Origin: an uncultured Alphaproteobacteria bacterium | GTDB taxonomy: Bacteria; Pseudomonadota; Alphaproteobacteria; HIMB59 | Length of the DNA stretch: 61,728 bases | Reading direction: 5' to 3' | Assembly: GCA_902527525.1 (NCBI GenBank) | Contig: CABZOW010000001.1 | Span: 1 to 61,728, forward strand | Part shown: piece after piece, positions 31,460 through 42,094 of the stretch | Position numbering within the stretch: position 1 is the stretch's first letter | How the letters are laid out: every line of letters starts with the position of its first letter | The notes under the pieces: generated by a model | The model's input: the letters and a program-made list of their open reading frames with translations, nothing else | What the model was told of the DNA's origin: nothing | Database searches by the model: none | Program-made: the position numbers and the translations under genes

Positions 31460-32777
31460 TAATAATTTTTTCTAAAACATGAGAGTCTTTTTGTGAAACA
31501 CTTAAGATTAAAATATCATTATTTAAAGGAATATGATCGTTATTTTTTAATTCTAATGCTTCATTAGTTAAAGTACACACATGCTTAATTACTTTTGACT
31601 TTTTAATATTTTCATAAATTTCATTTTTATATTTAATTTCATATATTACATATTCATCTTTCAAGATGGAATGATATGATAAAAGAGATCCTTTTGAAAT
31701 TTTTTCAATAATTCTTGACGTTGTTAACTCTCGGGGATTTATTATAACATCAATTCCTAAATCATTCGCAAAAGAAGAGTAAGACTCATTATTAATAACT
31801 GAAATAACAGACTTTGAACCTCTTTTTTTTGCTATAATTGACAATATAGTATTGATTTGATCATTATCTGTAACAGTTATAACAAGATCAGAATTATTTA
31901 ATTTAATCTCTTCGTAAAGTGTTTGATCAAGTGCATCACCATGGAAAATTGTAGTATTTTTAAGAAGACCTGCTAAGAAATTACATCGTTCTTTATCTAA
32001 TTCTAATATTTTTAAATTAATTTCTTGTTCATCCTGTTCTATTAAAGTTGCTAAATTTTGACCAATATTACCGCCACCAACTATTAGAACATCTAAAACA
32101 TAATCTTTAAAACCAAAAAACTTTATTAGTTTATTCAAATATTTTTTCTTTATAAGTAAATAAAGTTGGTCTGATATAGATATATTCTTAAATTCAAAAT
32201 TTATTTTATCCTCTTTGCTATGACCTAAATAACACAAGTTATTAGTTTTAAAGAAAACTTTAATTTCCTCAAAAGTATGATTTTTAAATAAGTCAGAGGA
32301 TTGCATTCCAATTAATAGATAGTCTTGTGTAATAAGAGACTCGCTAAAAAAAGCACCAGGTAAATGAATCTTTTCAAAAATATTATTAGAAACTTCCCAC
32401 TCAGGTGAAATTATATGATCAAGAAAACTATTGGTCTCAATTAATAATGATTTATTCTCATCTAGTATCAAATTTTGGTTTCTAACCCTTGCTATAGATT
32501 TATCAACATTTAAAAATTCTTTAGCAAATTTACTTGTAATAATATTTTTCTCATCACTTCGTGTTACAGCAATAAAATAATCAATTTTAGAGTCAAAGTT
32601 TTTATAAAAGGAAGGATTTAAAGGATCATCATATATTGTTTTAATATCAAATCTTTCAGATAAATTTTTTAATTCATTGGCATCATCATCTAAAAGGAAT
32701 ACATTTTTTCCTTGTTCGGATAATTTTTTTGCAAGATTTGCACCAACTATTCCTGAACCCAATATAAGTATATTCAT
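31449..32777 (-). CDS. trkA: Trk system potassium uptake protein TrkA
   Basis: Two RCK Rossmann units (GSGIVG and GGGNIG), AVT.SDE.N and GDA.D. Follows ntrX. Confidence 0.88.
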   Translation of the reverse strand: MNILILGSGIVGANLAKKLSEQGKNVFLLDDDANELKNLSERFDIKTIYDDPLNPSFYKNFDSKIDYFIAVTRSDEKNIITSKFAKEFLNVDKSIARVRNQNLILDENKSLLIETNSFLDHIISPEWEVSNNIFEKIHLPGAFFSESLITQDYLLIGMQSSDLFKNHTFEEIKVFFKTNNLCYLGHSKEDKINFEFKNISISDQLYLLIKKKYLNKLIKFFGFKDYVLDVLIVGGGNIGQNLATLIEQDEQEINLKILELDKERCNFLAGLLKNTTIFHGDALDQTLYEEIKLNNSDLVITVTDNDQINTILSIIAKKRGSKSVISVINNESYSSFANDLGIDVIINPRELTTSRIIEKISKGSLLSYHSILKDEYVIYEIKYKNEIYENIKKSKVIKHVCTLTNEALELKNNDHIPLNNDILILSVSQKDSHVLEKIINDY

Positions 32778-34024
32778 TAATCTATTTTAATGTTGAGTGA
32801 TTTAACTTTACGATACAAAGATACTCTGTCTAATTTAAGCATTTTTGCAGTTAAAGTCATATTAAAATTATTTATTTTTAATTTTTGAATTAAATAATCT
32901 TTTTCAAATTTATCCTTTGCCTCTTTAAAATTAAGGTCATATAAATCAGCATTGTTAGTTGAATTTTTCATTAAATCCTCAATTAATACTTTAGAAACAA
33001 ATAAATTATTGTCAGTCAATAGAGTAATTACATTTTCAGATAAATTCATTATCTCAAATATATTTCCAGGCCAGGTATGGTTTAATAATAATTGTTGGAC
33101 ATTATCATCTATATCAATTCTATTTTCAAACTTCTTTAATGAAAAAATATTTAAATAATGTTTAAAAAGTGGGAAGATTTCATCTTTTCTAGATATTAAA
33201 GGGTTTAATAAAACTTTATAGTCAATGTTATTTACAAATGGGTCTTTCAAATCAATTTTTTTACTGTCAAAAATAATTGATGCATTAATTTTTTTACTTT
33301 TTACTAAATTTAAATAATTCAATAATTCAATTTGATTAAAGTTTTCATAATCATTTAAGTATATAGTAAAATAATTATGTAAAGAGCTTAACTTTAAAAG
33401 ATCAGTCTCATTCATTAGATTTTCATTTAGATTGATAAAAGTATCAGGATTATTTGATGATAAACGCATATGGATAGTATTAGCAAGAAAGTTTTTACCA
33501 ATACCATGTGGACCTGATATTAAAATTGAAGAATTATTTCTAATCTTATTTAGTGTTTTAAAAATATTCTCTATGTATTGTCCGTGTCCAATGCTATCAA
33601 TTTTTGAATGAAATGAAATTTTATTTCTATAATTATTGATTGTAACACGTTGTTTTAACTCAAGAAGATTTTTCTGAATTATGTGAATAAGTTTTTTTGT
33701 CTCAAATGGTTTTTCAATGAAATCATTTGCTCCTGCCTTAACAGACTCAATTGCATTATCTATATTTGCATGTCCGCTAAATGATACAATTACAAGATTT
33801 TTATATTTATTTTCTAAGTATTCGATAATATCTATGCCTTGATTGGTGCTATTTTTTAACCATAGATCAACTAAAACTACATCATAGTCAAAGCTTCTTT
33901 GTTCTAATTCAGCAAATTCTTTATGAGAGTTAGCATATGTAACTTCATAGCCTTGTTTTGATAGTATAAGAGAAATTTGTTTACAAATTTCTAATTCATC
34001 GTCAATTACTAATATTTTTGTCAT
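32777..34024 (-). CDS. ntrX: Response regulator NtrX (REC, degenerate AAA+, Fis HTH)
   Basis: IDDE, DLWL, SGHANI, DFIEKP, WPGN, FEK.YL and SLYRK. Confidence 0.85.
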   Translation of the reverse strand: MTKILVIDDELEICKQISLILSKQGYEVTYANSHKEFAELEQRSFDYDVVLVDLWLKNSTNQGIDIIEYLENKYKNLVIVSFSGHANIDNAIESVKAGANDFIEKPFETKKLIHIIQKNLLELKQRVTINNYRNKISFHSKIDSIGHGQYIENIFKTLNKIRNNSSILISGPHGIGKNFLANTIHMRLSSNNPDTFINLNENLMNETDLLKLSSLHNYFTIYLNDYENFNQIELLNYLNLVKSKKINASIIFDSKKIDLKDPFVNNIDYKVLLNPLISRKDEIFPLFKHYLNIFSLKKFENRIDIDDNVQQLLLNHTWPGNIFEIMNLSENVITLLTDNNLFVSKVLIEDLMKNSTNNADLYDLNFKEAKDKFEKDYLIQKLKINNFNMTLTAKMLKLDRVSLYRKVKSLNIKID

Positions 34025-36038
34025 TAAAAATTATTTCAATTTTAAATCCGGAATAACTGTTGGTTGTTATATTCATCTTATGAGAGTTGTCAGTAATTAT
34101 TTTATCGATTAAAGATAAACCCAAACCAGTAGATTTTTTAGTTGAAAAATATGGTTTTTTTAAGTCATCAATATTACCATCATAACCTGGACCATTATCA
34201 AAAAAAGTTAAAATTAAGTTATTATTAATTAATTTCAGTGTAATTTCGATTGAAGGATTATTTGTTGAATTAAGTGCTTCAATAGAATTTTTAAAAAGAT
34301 TGTTAAAAATTATGTCTAAATATGAATGGTCAAAATGAACATATAAGTTTTTTTCAATTTTATGATTTATATTTATTTGATCATAGTTTCTTTTATATTC
34401 ATCAATATAAACCAAACAAATTTCAGATAAATTTAATTTAGTAATATTTGCCTTTGGCAATCTGGCATATGTAGAGAATTCATTAACTAAATTTTGAATT
34501 AAAAAAATTTGTCTTTTAATCGAAGTAATTGAATTAATTAATTCTTCGTCTTTGAGTTGACTTTCAATAAATTCAGTAGATAAGAGCATAGGTGTTAAAG
34601 GATTTTTAATTTCGTGAGAGATTTTTCTTGCTAAATCAGCTATTGCATTATTTTTTTCTGCAAATATTAAGTCAGTATAATCATTGAAAATAATTATCTG
34701 ATCAAATAAAGAATTATTATCAATGAATATAGATTTAACAAAAAAATACTTTTGAATATTTTCTAATTTTACCTGTAAGTTTATTTCATATGATTTTCTA
34801 TAAAAATTTTGATTTTTAAAATGATTTGATAATAAATTAATAAAATTTTGAAATGAGGTATTTTTTTCTGTCCTAAATATAAAAGATGCAGAATTTTCAA
34901 AAATCATAGATTTATCATTTAAAACAAATATTCCATAAGGTGAATTTTCAATGATATTATTTATAAAACTTAATTGGTCATTAATGGTAGAGTTTACTTT
35001 TTCTAAATTATTTTTTTGACTAATTATAGTTTTACTCATTTCATGAAACGAGTTCGTTAAAACAGAAATGTCGTCTTTATTATCTAATTTTTCAAAATTT
35101 AATTGCTGATATTTTCCTTTACGGAGGTCTATGATAGAATTGTTAAGATCCCTTATAGGTTTAGCTAATCTGAAGCTAAAATTTGTTCCAATAATTATAA
35201 ATATAAATATTAAACTCGTTGAAAGAATTATGTAGATAGTAAAAAATGTAATTTGAATATCTCTTTTGTTATTATCAAATGAATTGATAGCTTCATAAGA
35301 CTTTATAATGTTTTGATAGTAATTTAATGTTTCTAAATCAATATTCTTTAGTAATAACAAGTAATTTGTGCTATTTAGATTTACTTTAGAAAAAAGTTGA
35401 TCGTTAGAAAAAAAAATAGTTATATCATTTTCAATATTTGTACTAGCATTTCTTAAATTGTCATCAGAAAGAAATATTTTTTCGTCAGATATATGCTCTA
35501 TAAATTGATTACCATTATTATAATTGTAAACAGTAGTTATATTAAATCTTTGTATTATATCTCTATCTATTAGTCTTTCAGCCAATACATAATTTCTTAT
35601 AAATTTTGAGTCTGTGATAAGGTCTCTCTCAGTTTGATCAATATATTTTTGAGCTAATTGGTAAGAATTATTTACTGTAGATTTAAAAGCTGGACCCAAC
35701 CAAGTACTCACTTCTATATTAAAGAATATTGCGGATGCCATTAATATTATTCCACTCGGAATAACAGAAAAAAGACCAAAAAAAAGGAAAAACTTATTAA
35801 AAAGTCTAAGCCCTACTACTTCTCTATTTTTATATTTTAAATAATTTATTAAAAATAAAGATAGATACAAAAGAAGGATTAAAAGAAAAACAAAATCTGC
35901 GATCAAAACATATTGAATTAGTTCTGCGTTACGAACTATCTCATTTGATGAAATAAGTGAATATACAGTTAGAGCAAAAAGAGTTATAAAAATAGTCAAT
36001 AATATAAAAGCAGAAAATTTATTAAAATAATTTGACAT
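34002..36038 (-). CDS. ntrY: Sensor histidine kinase NtrY
   Basis: TM helices, HAMP, H-box ARKISHEIKNPLTP, EFS.YARLP, N box, DNGPG and GLGL. Confidence 0.87.
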   Translation of the reverse strand: MSNYFNKFSAFILLTIFITLFALTVYSLISSNEIVRNAELIQYVLIADFVFLLILLLYLSLFLINYLKYKNREVVGLRLFNKFFLFFGLFSVIPSGIILMASAIFFNIEVSTWLGPAFKSTVNNSYQLAQKYIDQTERDLITDSKFIRNYVLAERLIDRDIIQRFNITTVYNYNNGNQFIEHISDEKIFLSDDNLRNASTNIENDITIFFSNDQLFSKVNLNSTNYLLLLKNIDLETLNYYQNIIKSYEAINSFDNNKRDIQITFFTIYIILSTSLIFIFIIIGTNFSFRLAKPIRDLNNSIIDLRKGKYQQLNFEKLDNKDDISVLTNSFHEMSKTIISQKNNLEKVNSTINDQLSFINNIIENSPYGIFVLNDKSMIFENSASFIFRTEKNTSFQNFINLLSNHFKNQNFYRKSYEINLQVKLENIQKYFFVKSIFIDNNSLFDQIIIFNDYTDLIFAEKNNAIADLARKISHEIKNPLTPMLLSTEFIESQLKDEELINSITSIKRQIFLIQNLVNEFSTYARLPKANITKLNLSEICLVYIDEYKRNYDQININHKIEKNLYVHFDHSYLDIIFNNLFKNSIEALNSTNNPSIEITLKLINNNLILTFFDNGPGYDGNIDDLKKPYFSTKKSTGLGLSLIDKIITDNSHKMNITTNSYSGFKIEIIFNDKNISN

Positions 36039-37165
36039 TAATTAACTCTAAAATACATTTCATTCTTCTAGCTGGTGGTAATAGTTTACGGTTCTCATCC
36101 AATACTAATAAGCTTTTAGCAAAATTTAAAAACAAAAATTTACTTACTCATAATATTGATTTTCTTAAAGAACTTAAATTTAAAAAAATAACCGTGGTCA
36201 TTAATACTATAAAAAAGGCTAATATTAGTAATTTTGATGATTTAGAAATAATAAAAGGAGGAAAAACTAGATCAGAAAGTGTTAAAAATGCTTTAAACAA
36301 ATCTAAATTTAAATCTAAATATGTTTTAATACATGATGCAGCTAGACCTTTAAATTCTCAAAAAATTATTAATAATATAATTAAAAATCTAATTGAAAAA
36401 CAATATGACTGCGTAGTTCCATTTAGTAAATGTTCTGATACGGTATTAGTAAATCACGAATACCTTGATAGAGAGAAAATTAAACTTATAAAAACTCCTC
36501 AAGGTTTTGTTAAAAATAAAATTATCTATTTGCACAAAAGAAATAATAAAAATAATTTAACCGATGATAGTCAACTCTTTAGAAAAGAAAAAAATAAGTA
36601 TAAAATAAAATATTTATTGCAAAACGAAATAAATTTAAAAATAACTTATAAAGACGAGTTAAGTTCATTAAATAAATTAATAAAAAATAATTTTTTAGTT
36701 GGGATTGGTTATGATATTCATAAAACAAAAAAAACTTTAAAAAATAATTTTGTCAAACTAGGAGGAGTTAAAATAAAATCAAAAATTAAAGTCATTTCAC
36801 ACTCTGATGGAGATGTGGTACTCCATGCAATAACAGACTCAATACTGGGTGCGCTTTCTCAACGAGACATAGGTACTTATTTTCCAAATTCCAAAAGAAA
36901 TTTGAATAGAAATTCAATAGATTTTTTGAATTATGCTCTAAAAAAAATGACTTTTAAGAAAATGCTAATTAATAATATTGATATAATGATAGTTTCAGAG
37001 GAACCTAAAATTAATCCTCATTTTGAGATAATTATAAGTAGTTTATCAAAATTACTTAAAACTGATAAAATTAATATTACCATTAAAGCTACAACAAATG
37101 AAAAGTCTGGACTAATTGGTAGTGGAGATTTTATTGCTTGTTGGTCTAATGTATCTCTTAAATAA
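36032..37165 (+). CDS. ispDF: Bifunctional IspD/IspF
   Basis: IspD: LLAGG.S.RF, GGKTR.ESV, IHDAARP, TPQGF, TDD. IspF: GIGYDIH, HSDGDV.LHA, KATTNE. TTG start. Confidence 0.92.
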   Translation: MTLINSKIHFILLAGGNSLRFSSNTNKLLAKFKNKNLLTHNIDFLKELKFKKITVVINTIKKANISNFDDLEIIKGGKTRSESVKNALNKSKFKSKYVLIHDAARPLNSQKIINNIIKNLIEKQYDCVVPFSKCSDTVLVNHEYLDREKIKLIKTPQGFVKNKIIYLHKRNNKNNLTDDSQLFRKEKNKYKIKYLLQNEINLKITYKDELSSLNKLIKNNFLVGIGYDIHKTKKTLKNNFVKLGGVKIKSKIKVISHSDGDVVLHAITDSILGALSQRDIGTYFPNSKRNLNRNSIDFLNYALKKMTFKKMLINNIDIMIVSEEPKINPHFEIIISSLSKLLKTDKINITIKATTNEKSGLIGSGDFIACWSNVSLK

Positions 37166-37166
37166 A

Positions 37167-38075
37167 CTAAATAGCTTTTTTGAGTTTTTCAAAATCTTCA
37201 TCTGCATGATAACTCGATCTAGTCATTGGTGAGGATGAAATCATTTTAAAACCGATATTTAAACAGTAATTATAGAGACTTTTGAATTCATCTGGAGAGT
37301 AAAACTTGTGTACTTTTTCATGATGGATAGAGGGCTGAAGATACTGTCCAATGGTAACAAAATCTATATTAGAATTTTTCATATCCTTTAACACCTCAAT
37401 TATTTCTGAGTAATCTTCTCCCAATCCAATCATTATACCAGACTTAGTAAAAATAGTTTTATCAAATTCTTTTACCTCTCTTAATAATTTTAAACTCTCT
37501 AAGTAATTAGACCCAGGTCTGATTTTTTTATAAATTCTAGGAACAGTTTCTAAATTATGGTTAAAAACATCAGGTTTCACTTTTGCTATATCAATATAAT
37601 TTCTATTTTTTCTTAAAAAATCTGGTGTGAGTATTTCTATAGTTGTAGTATTTGAAAGTTCCCTTATGTATCTAATTGTATCAATAAAATGTTGAGCTCC
37701 ACCGTCTGGTAAATCATCTCTATCAACGCTCGTAACCACTACATGCTTTAATCCTAATTTCAGAACAGATTTGGCAACATTTAATGGTTCCATTGGGTCA
37801 GGCGGCTCAGAGGGCTTACCTGTTTTTACATTACAAAACGCACAAGCTCTTGTACAAGTATCGCCTAATATCATAAATGTTGCATGCTTTTTTTCCCAGC
37901 ATTCTCCTATATTTGGACATGCAGCTTCTTGACATACGGTAACCAAATTATGAGAATTAACTATATCGAGTGTTTCAAAATATTTTTTTGAAGTTGGGGC
38001 TTTAACTTTAAGCCAATTTGGTTTCTTAAGTGTGGTTGGATTAAATTTTTTGATTTTTTCTGGATGTCTAATCAT
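37167..38075 (-). CDS. lipA: Lipoyl synthase
   Basis: [33 protein letters not shown] and RSSYHA. Confidence 0.97.
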   Translation of the reverse strand: MIRHPEKIKKFNPTTLKKPNWLKVKAPTSKKYFETLDIVNSHNLVTVCQEAACPNIGECWEKKHATFMILGDTCTRACAFCNVKTGKPSEPPDPMEPLNVAKSVLKLGLKHVVVTSVDRDDLPDGGAQHFIDTIRYIRELSNTTTIEILTPDFLRKNRNYIDIAKVKPDVFNHNLETVPRIYKKIRPGSNYLESLKLLREVKEFDKTIFTKSGIMIGLGEDYSEIIEVLKDMKNSNIDFVTIGQYLQPSIHHEKVHKFYSPDEFKSLYNYCLNIGFKMISSSPMTRSSYHADEDFEKLKKAI

Positions 38076-38077
38076 GA

Positions 38078-39451
38078 TTAAAAATGAAGAGGTTTTTCAA
38101 ATGCAGACAGTACACTTTCATGAATAGACTCTGATAAAGTAGGATGGGCAAATACAGTGTTAATAAATTCATCTTCGGTTGATTCTGATGAAATTGCTAA
38201 ACCAAATGTGGCTATCAATTCTGTAACATCTGGGCCGATAAGATGGGCACCCAAAACTTCTCCTGTCTCAGAATTAAAAAGTGTTTTAACAAAACCATAA
38301 GAATTAGACATTGTTTGAGATTTACCATTCGCTAAAAAAGGAAAGTTACCTGTTTTGTATGGTGTATTATTGTCTTTAAGTTGTTGCTCCGTAAAACCAA
38401 CTGTGGCTATTTGAGGTAGGCTATAAATACAGCCAGGTATATGATTTTCTTTTGGCTTATGTGTGTCTTTTCCAGATGAAATATAACTAACACAGTTTAT
38501 GGCATCATGCATAGCCTTATGAGCTAACCAAGGAGCGCCGATAATATCACCAATTGCAAACAAACCATCTACATTGGTTTCATAGTTATGGTTAGTACCA
38601 ATATAACCTGTATCTGTTAAATTCAAATCAAGGTTGCTTATAAAATCTTTATCTAAATTAGGTAAGACACCTACAGAGAGTATCAGAGCATCACAAACTA
38701 TATTTTTATTATTATTTTTGAATGAGATAGTTTTTTTTTCTTCGACTATATTCTCAATCTTTGCGTTTAATTCAAATTTAATACCCTTTTTCTCAAAAAT
38801 TTTTTTTGCTTCATTAGAAATATCATTATCAAATTGAGGTAAAATTTTACCTTGAGATTCAAAGACTATAACCTCTGATCCCAAAGCATTATAAATACTT
38901 GCAAACTCTATACCAATAGCACCTGATCCTATTATACATAGTTTTTTTGGAATAAATTTAGGTATCATTGCTTCTTTAGAACTCCATATTAAGTCGGAAA
39001 ATTTAATATCACCTATTGTTCTAGGTTTACAGCCTGTAGCAATAATCATATTTTTTGAAATGATTTCATCAGAGGATGTTTTAACACAAAATTTATTATC
39101 TAATTTTTTTGGATAAGCGCGATGCTTATATATATCTATTTTATTTTTTTTCATTAATGAACTAACACCTTTAGATAAATTTTCTGATGCGGTTCTTGAC
39201 ATCTCAACGACTTTATTCAGGGCTATTTTGGTGAGGTCTTTTTTATCTAGTCCGAAGTGATTAGCCTCTTCCATGAATTCTGCAGAGTGAAGAAGAGATT
39301 TTGTTGGAATACATCCCCAATTAAGGCACACCCCTCCTAACTTATCTTCTTCAAACAAAGCTACCTTCATTCCAAGTTGAGCAGCTTTTATAGCTGCGAC
39401 GTATCCACCGGGGCCACCACCAACGATTGATAAATCATATTTATTTGTCAT
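38078..39451 (-). CDS. lpdA: Dihydrolipoamide dehydrogenase (E3)
   Basis: [26 protein letters not shown] and HPTLSE. Confidence 0.96.
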   Translation of the reverse strand: MTNKYDLSIVGGGPGGYVAAIKAAQLGMKVALFEEDKLGGVCLNWGCIPTKSLLHSAEFMEEANHFGLDKKDLTKIALNKVVEMSRTASENLSKGVSSLMKKNKIDIYKHRAYPKKLDNKFCVKTSSDEIISKNMIIATGCKPRTIGDIKFSDLIWSSKEAMIPKFIPKKLCIIGSGAIGIEFASIYNALGSEVIVFESQGKILPQFDNDISNEAKKIFEKKGIKFELNAKIENIVEEKKTISFKNNNKNIVCDALILSVGVLPNLDKDFISNLDLNLTDTGYIGTNHNYETNVDGLFAIGDIIGAPWLAHKAMHDAINCVSYISSGKDTHKPKENHIPGCIYSLPQIATVGFTEQQLKDNNTPYKTGNFPFLANGKSQTMSNSYGFVKTLFNSETGEVLGAHLIGPDVTELIATFGLAISSESTEDEFINTVFAHPTLSESIHESVLSAFEKPLHF

Positions 39452-40724
39452 CTGATATAATTTCCATATTTTGTACTATACTTGATAAAAATTGAGAAGC
39501 TAAGACACCATCTACTGCTCTATGATCGCAAGATAATGTCAAATTTATAAAACTTCCAATTTCTATCTTTCCTTTATCAACAAAAACATCCTCGAATATT
39601 TGTCCTACTGCAAGTATATATGTTTGACCAGGCAGAATAATAGCATCAAAACTTCGGATATTAAATGATCCTAAATTAGATATACTTATTACACCATCCG
39701 ACAGATCAGAAGGAGAAAGTTTGTTATCTCTAGTTAAATTTATTTTATCATTAAGATTGGAATTAATTTGTTTTAATGAAAGGTCATTAATTTTTTTAAT
39801 TACAGGCATTTTTAAACCAAATTTTGAGTCAACTGCTATGCCTATATTATGATGATCGTTAATAAAAAATTCACCATTATCTTTGTATGTACAATTAGAG
39901 TCTGGGAATGCTTTGAATGCTTTAGATATAGCCTGCATTAAGATTGCATTTAGAGAATACTTATTACCTTTTAATTTTTGATCTTTTCTAAATTTTAATA
40001 AATTAGACATATTTACTTTAGTATTTAAATAGAAATGGGGAATATTATTTTTAGAATGAAGCGTTGCTTTTGCTATAGCCTGCCTTAATTTATTTATATT
40101 TGAATTATCTGACAACTGATTAGCGTCTATTACATCTCTTAGAATAATTCTATTATTTGGTCCTGAACCATTTATATTTGATAAATTCATTGATTTATCA
40201 GTAGATATTTTTTTTGCAAGTGGAGATATAAATAATCTTAAAATACCATTGTCCTGATCTTCAGTAATATCAAGATCTTCAGTATGTATTCTCCTTGAGT
40301 TAGGTTTTATTTTAGTAATATCTATATTATTTTTTAAAACTAATTTTTTAGCAAGAGGGGTAATTAAAATATTATCAGGTGATAAGTTTTGATCATTTTC
40401 AAGGACTGGTATTTTTGGAGTTTGTATTTTATTATTTGTATCTCTGCTTTTTAAAAAATTATTTATATCCTCTTGAGTAAAAGATAAATCATCTGAAATT
40501 ATAGCAACTAACTGATTAACATCCGCTGTCTCACCCTCCTTAGATATTATTTTAGCAACATATCCGTCTTCTGGTGACTCGTACTCCATGGTGGCTTTAT
40601 CTGTTTCTACTTCAAACAAAACTTCTCCACTTAATATTGGATCATTTTCCTTTTTTATCCATTTAACAATTTTTCCATCCTCCATCGTTGGAGACAAGGA
40701 GGGTAAATTAACTTCAAATAACAT
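39441..40724 (-). CDS. pdhC: Pyruvate dehydrogenase E2 acetyltransferase
   Basis: LSPTM..G, ETDKA lipoyl site, PSBD, PHFY, SNLG and DHRAVDG. Confidence 0.92.
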   Translation of the reverse strand: MLFEVNLPSLSPTMEDGKIVKWIKKENDPILSGEVLFEVETDKATMEYESPEDGYVAKIISKEGETADVNQLVAIISDDLSFTQEDINNFLKSRDTNNKIQTPKIPVLENDQNLSPDNILITPLAKKLVLKNNIDITKIKPNSRRIHTEDLDITEDQDNGILRLFISPLAKKISTDKSMNLSNINGSGPNNRIILRDVIDANQLSDNSNINKLRQAIAKATLHSKNNIPHFYLNTKVNMSNLLKFRKDQKLKGNKYSLNAILMQAISKAFKAFPDSNCTYKDNGEFFINDHHNIGIAVDSKFGLKMPVIKKINDLSLKQINSNLNDKINLTRDNKLSPSDLSDGVISISNLGSFNIRSFDAIILPGQTYILAVGQIFEDVFVDKGKIEIGSFINLTLSCDHRAVDGVLASQFLSSIVQNMEIISDDK

Positions 40725-42094
40725 TAATTTGTATAAGAAACTTTTTTTACAGCAGATATAATCTCATCAGTATTAGGTAGTGCCAATTTTTCTAAGTTTT
40801 CAGCGTAAGGCATTGGAACATCTTTTCCACTAACTTTAATTATTTCTGAGTCAAGATAATCAAAGCAATTTGATTGGATAAGGTAAGATAAGTGTGAACC
40901 AAAACTTGTATTGCCCCATCCATCCTCAACTATAACAACTCTATTTGTTTTCTTAACGGATTTATAAACAAGATCTTCATCCAAAGGTTTAATAGATCTA
41001 AGGTCAATAATATCAGGTTTAATTCCTAATTTTTCTATTGATGGAAGAGCATTTAATATTCGTTGAACTGACATTGAAAAACCAATAATAGTTATGTCGC
41101 TACCTTCTTTTATAAGATTTGCTTTACCAATTGGAATTAAGAAATCATTTTCTTCAGGGACATTAGTTTTTTCTTTGTAAAGTAATTCATGCTCTAAGAA
41201 AACAACAGGATTGGGATTTCGAATTGATGATTTTAATAAACCTTTGGCATCCCTTGCATTTGATGGAGTAACAACTAATAAACCTGGTATATGAGAAAAC
41301 CAAGAAATAAAACATTGACTATGTTGAGCACCTACTCTTGCAGCAGCGCCATTTGGCCCACGAAATACTATAGGCACATTAATCTCTCCACCTGACATGT
41401 ACAAAGATTTAGCGGCTGAATTTACAATCTGATCAATTGCCTGCATTGAAAAGTTAAAGGTCATAAACTCACAAATTGGTTTGAGTCCAGACATAGCTGC
41501 ACCTATTGCAAGACCAGTAAAACCGTGCTCAGAAATAGGAGTGTCTAGTACTCTTTTTGATCCAAACTTATCTAAAAGGCCCTGGGTTACTTTGTATGCA
41601 CCATCATACTCAGCTACTTCTTCACCTAAAAGAAAAACATCTTTATCTAAAATCATTTCTTCTTCAATAGCTTGATTCAAAGCCTCTCTCATTGTAATTT
41701 CTTTTTCAGACCAATTCTTTGTTTCCAAGCTATCTGATTGATCTTTTAAAAGAGAACCCATAGAAATATTATTTTCTTTAATTTTCGTATCGTTACCATT
41801 CGGTATCACAGGTGGTAAACTTTCAATAGGTTTTTCTATTTTTTCTTCAATTTCCTCGCCTTCGACCGACAGTAATGCTATTTCTGTGTTGACGCTAATA
41901 TTTTCAGAGCCCTCTTTGACTAATATTTTTTCAATTTTTCCATCATCTGGAGACTCAAGTTCCATAGTTGCTTTATCAGTTTCAATTTCTGCTAAAATAT
42001 CACCAGAAAGTACATCATCTCCCTCTTTAACTAACCATTTTACTAAATTACCTGTTTCCATAGTTGGAGATAATGCTGGAAGTAATATTTTCAT
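40724..42094 (-). CDS. pdhB: Pyruvate dehydrogenase E1 beta with N-terminal lipoyl domain
   Basis: PALSPTM, ETDKA, GEEV, DTPISE, EFMTFNF and AQHSQ. Confidence 0.96.
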   Translation of the reverse strand: MKILLPALSPTMETGNLVKWLVKEGDDVLSGDILAEIETDKATMELESPDDGKIEKILVKEGSENISVNTEIALLSVEGEEIEEKIEKPIESLPPVIPNGNDTKIKENNISMGSLLKDQSDSLETKNWSEKEITMREALNQAIEEEMILDKDVFLLGEEVAEYDGAYKVTQGLLDKFGSKRVLDTPISEHGFTGLAIGAAMSGLKPICEFMTFNFSMQAIDQIVNSAAKSLYMSGGEINVPIVFRGPNGAAARVGAQHSQCFISWFSHIPGLLVVTPSNARDAKGLLKSSIRNPNPVVFLEHELLYKEKTNVPEENDFLIPIGKANLIKEGSDITIIGFSMSVQRILNALPSIEKLGIKPDIIDLRSIKPLDEDLVYKSVKKTNRVVIVEDGWGNTSFGSHLSYLIQSNCFDYLDSEIIKVSGKDVPMPYAENLEKLALPNTDEIISAVKKVSYTN

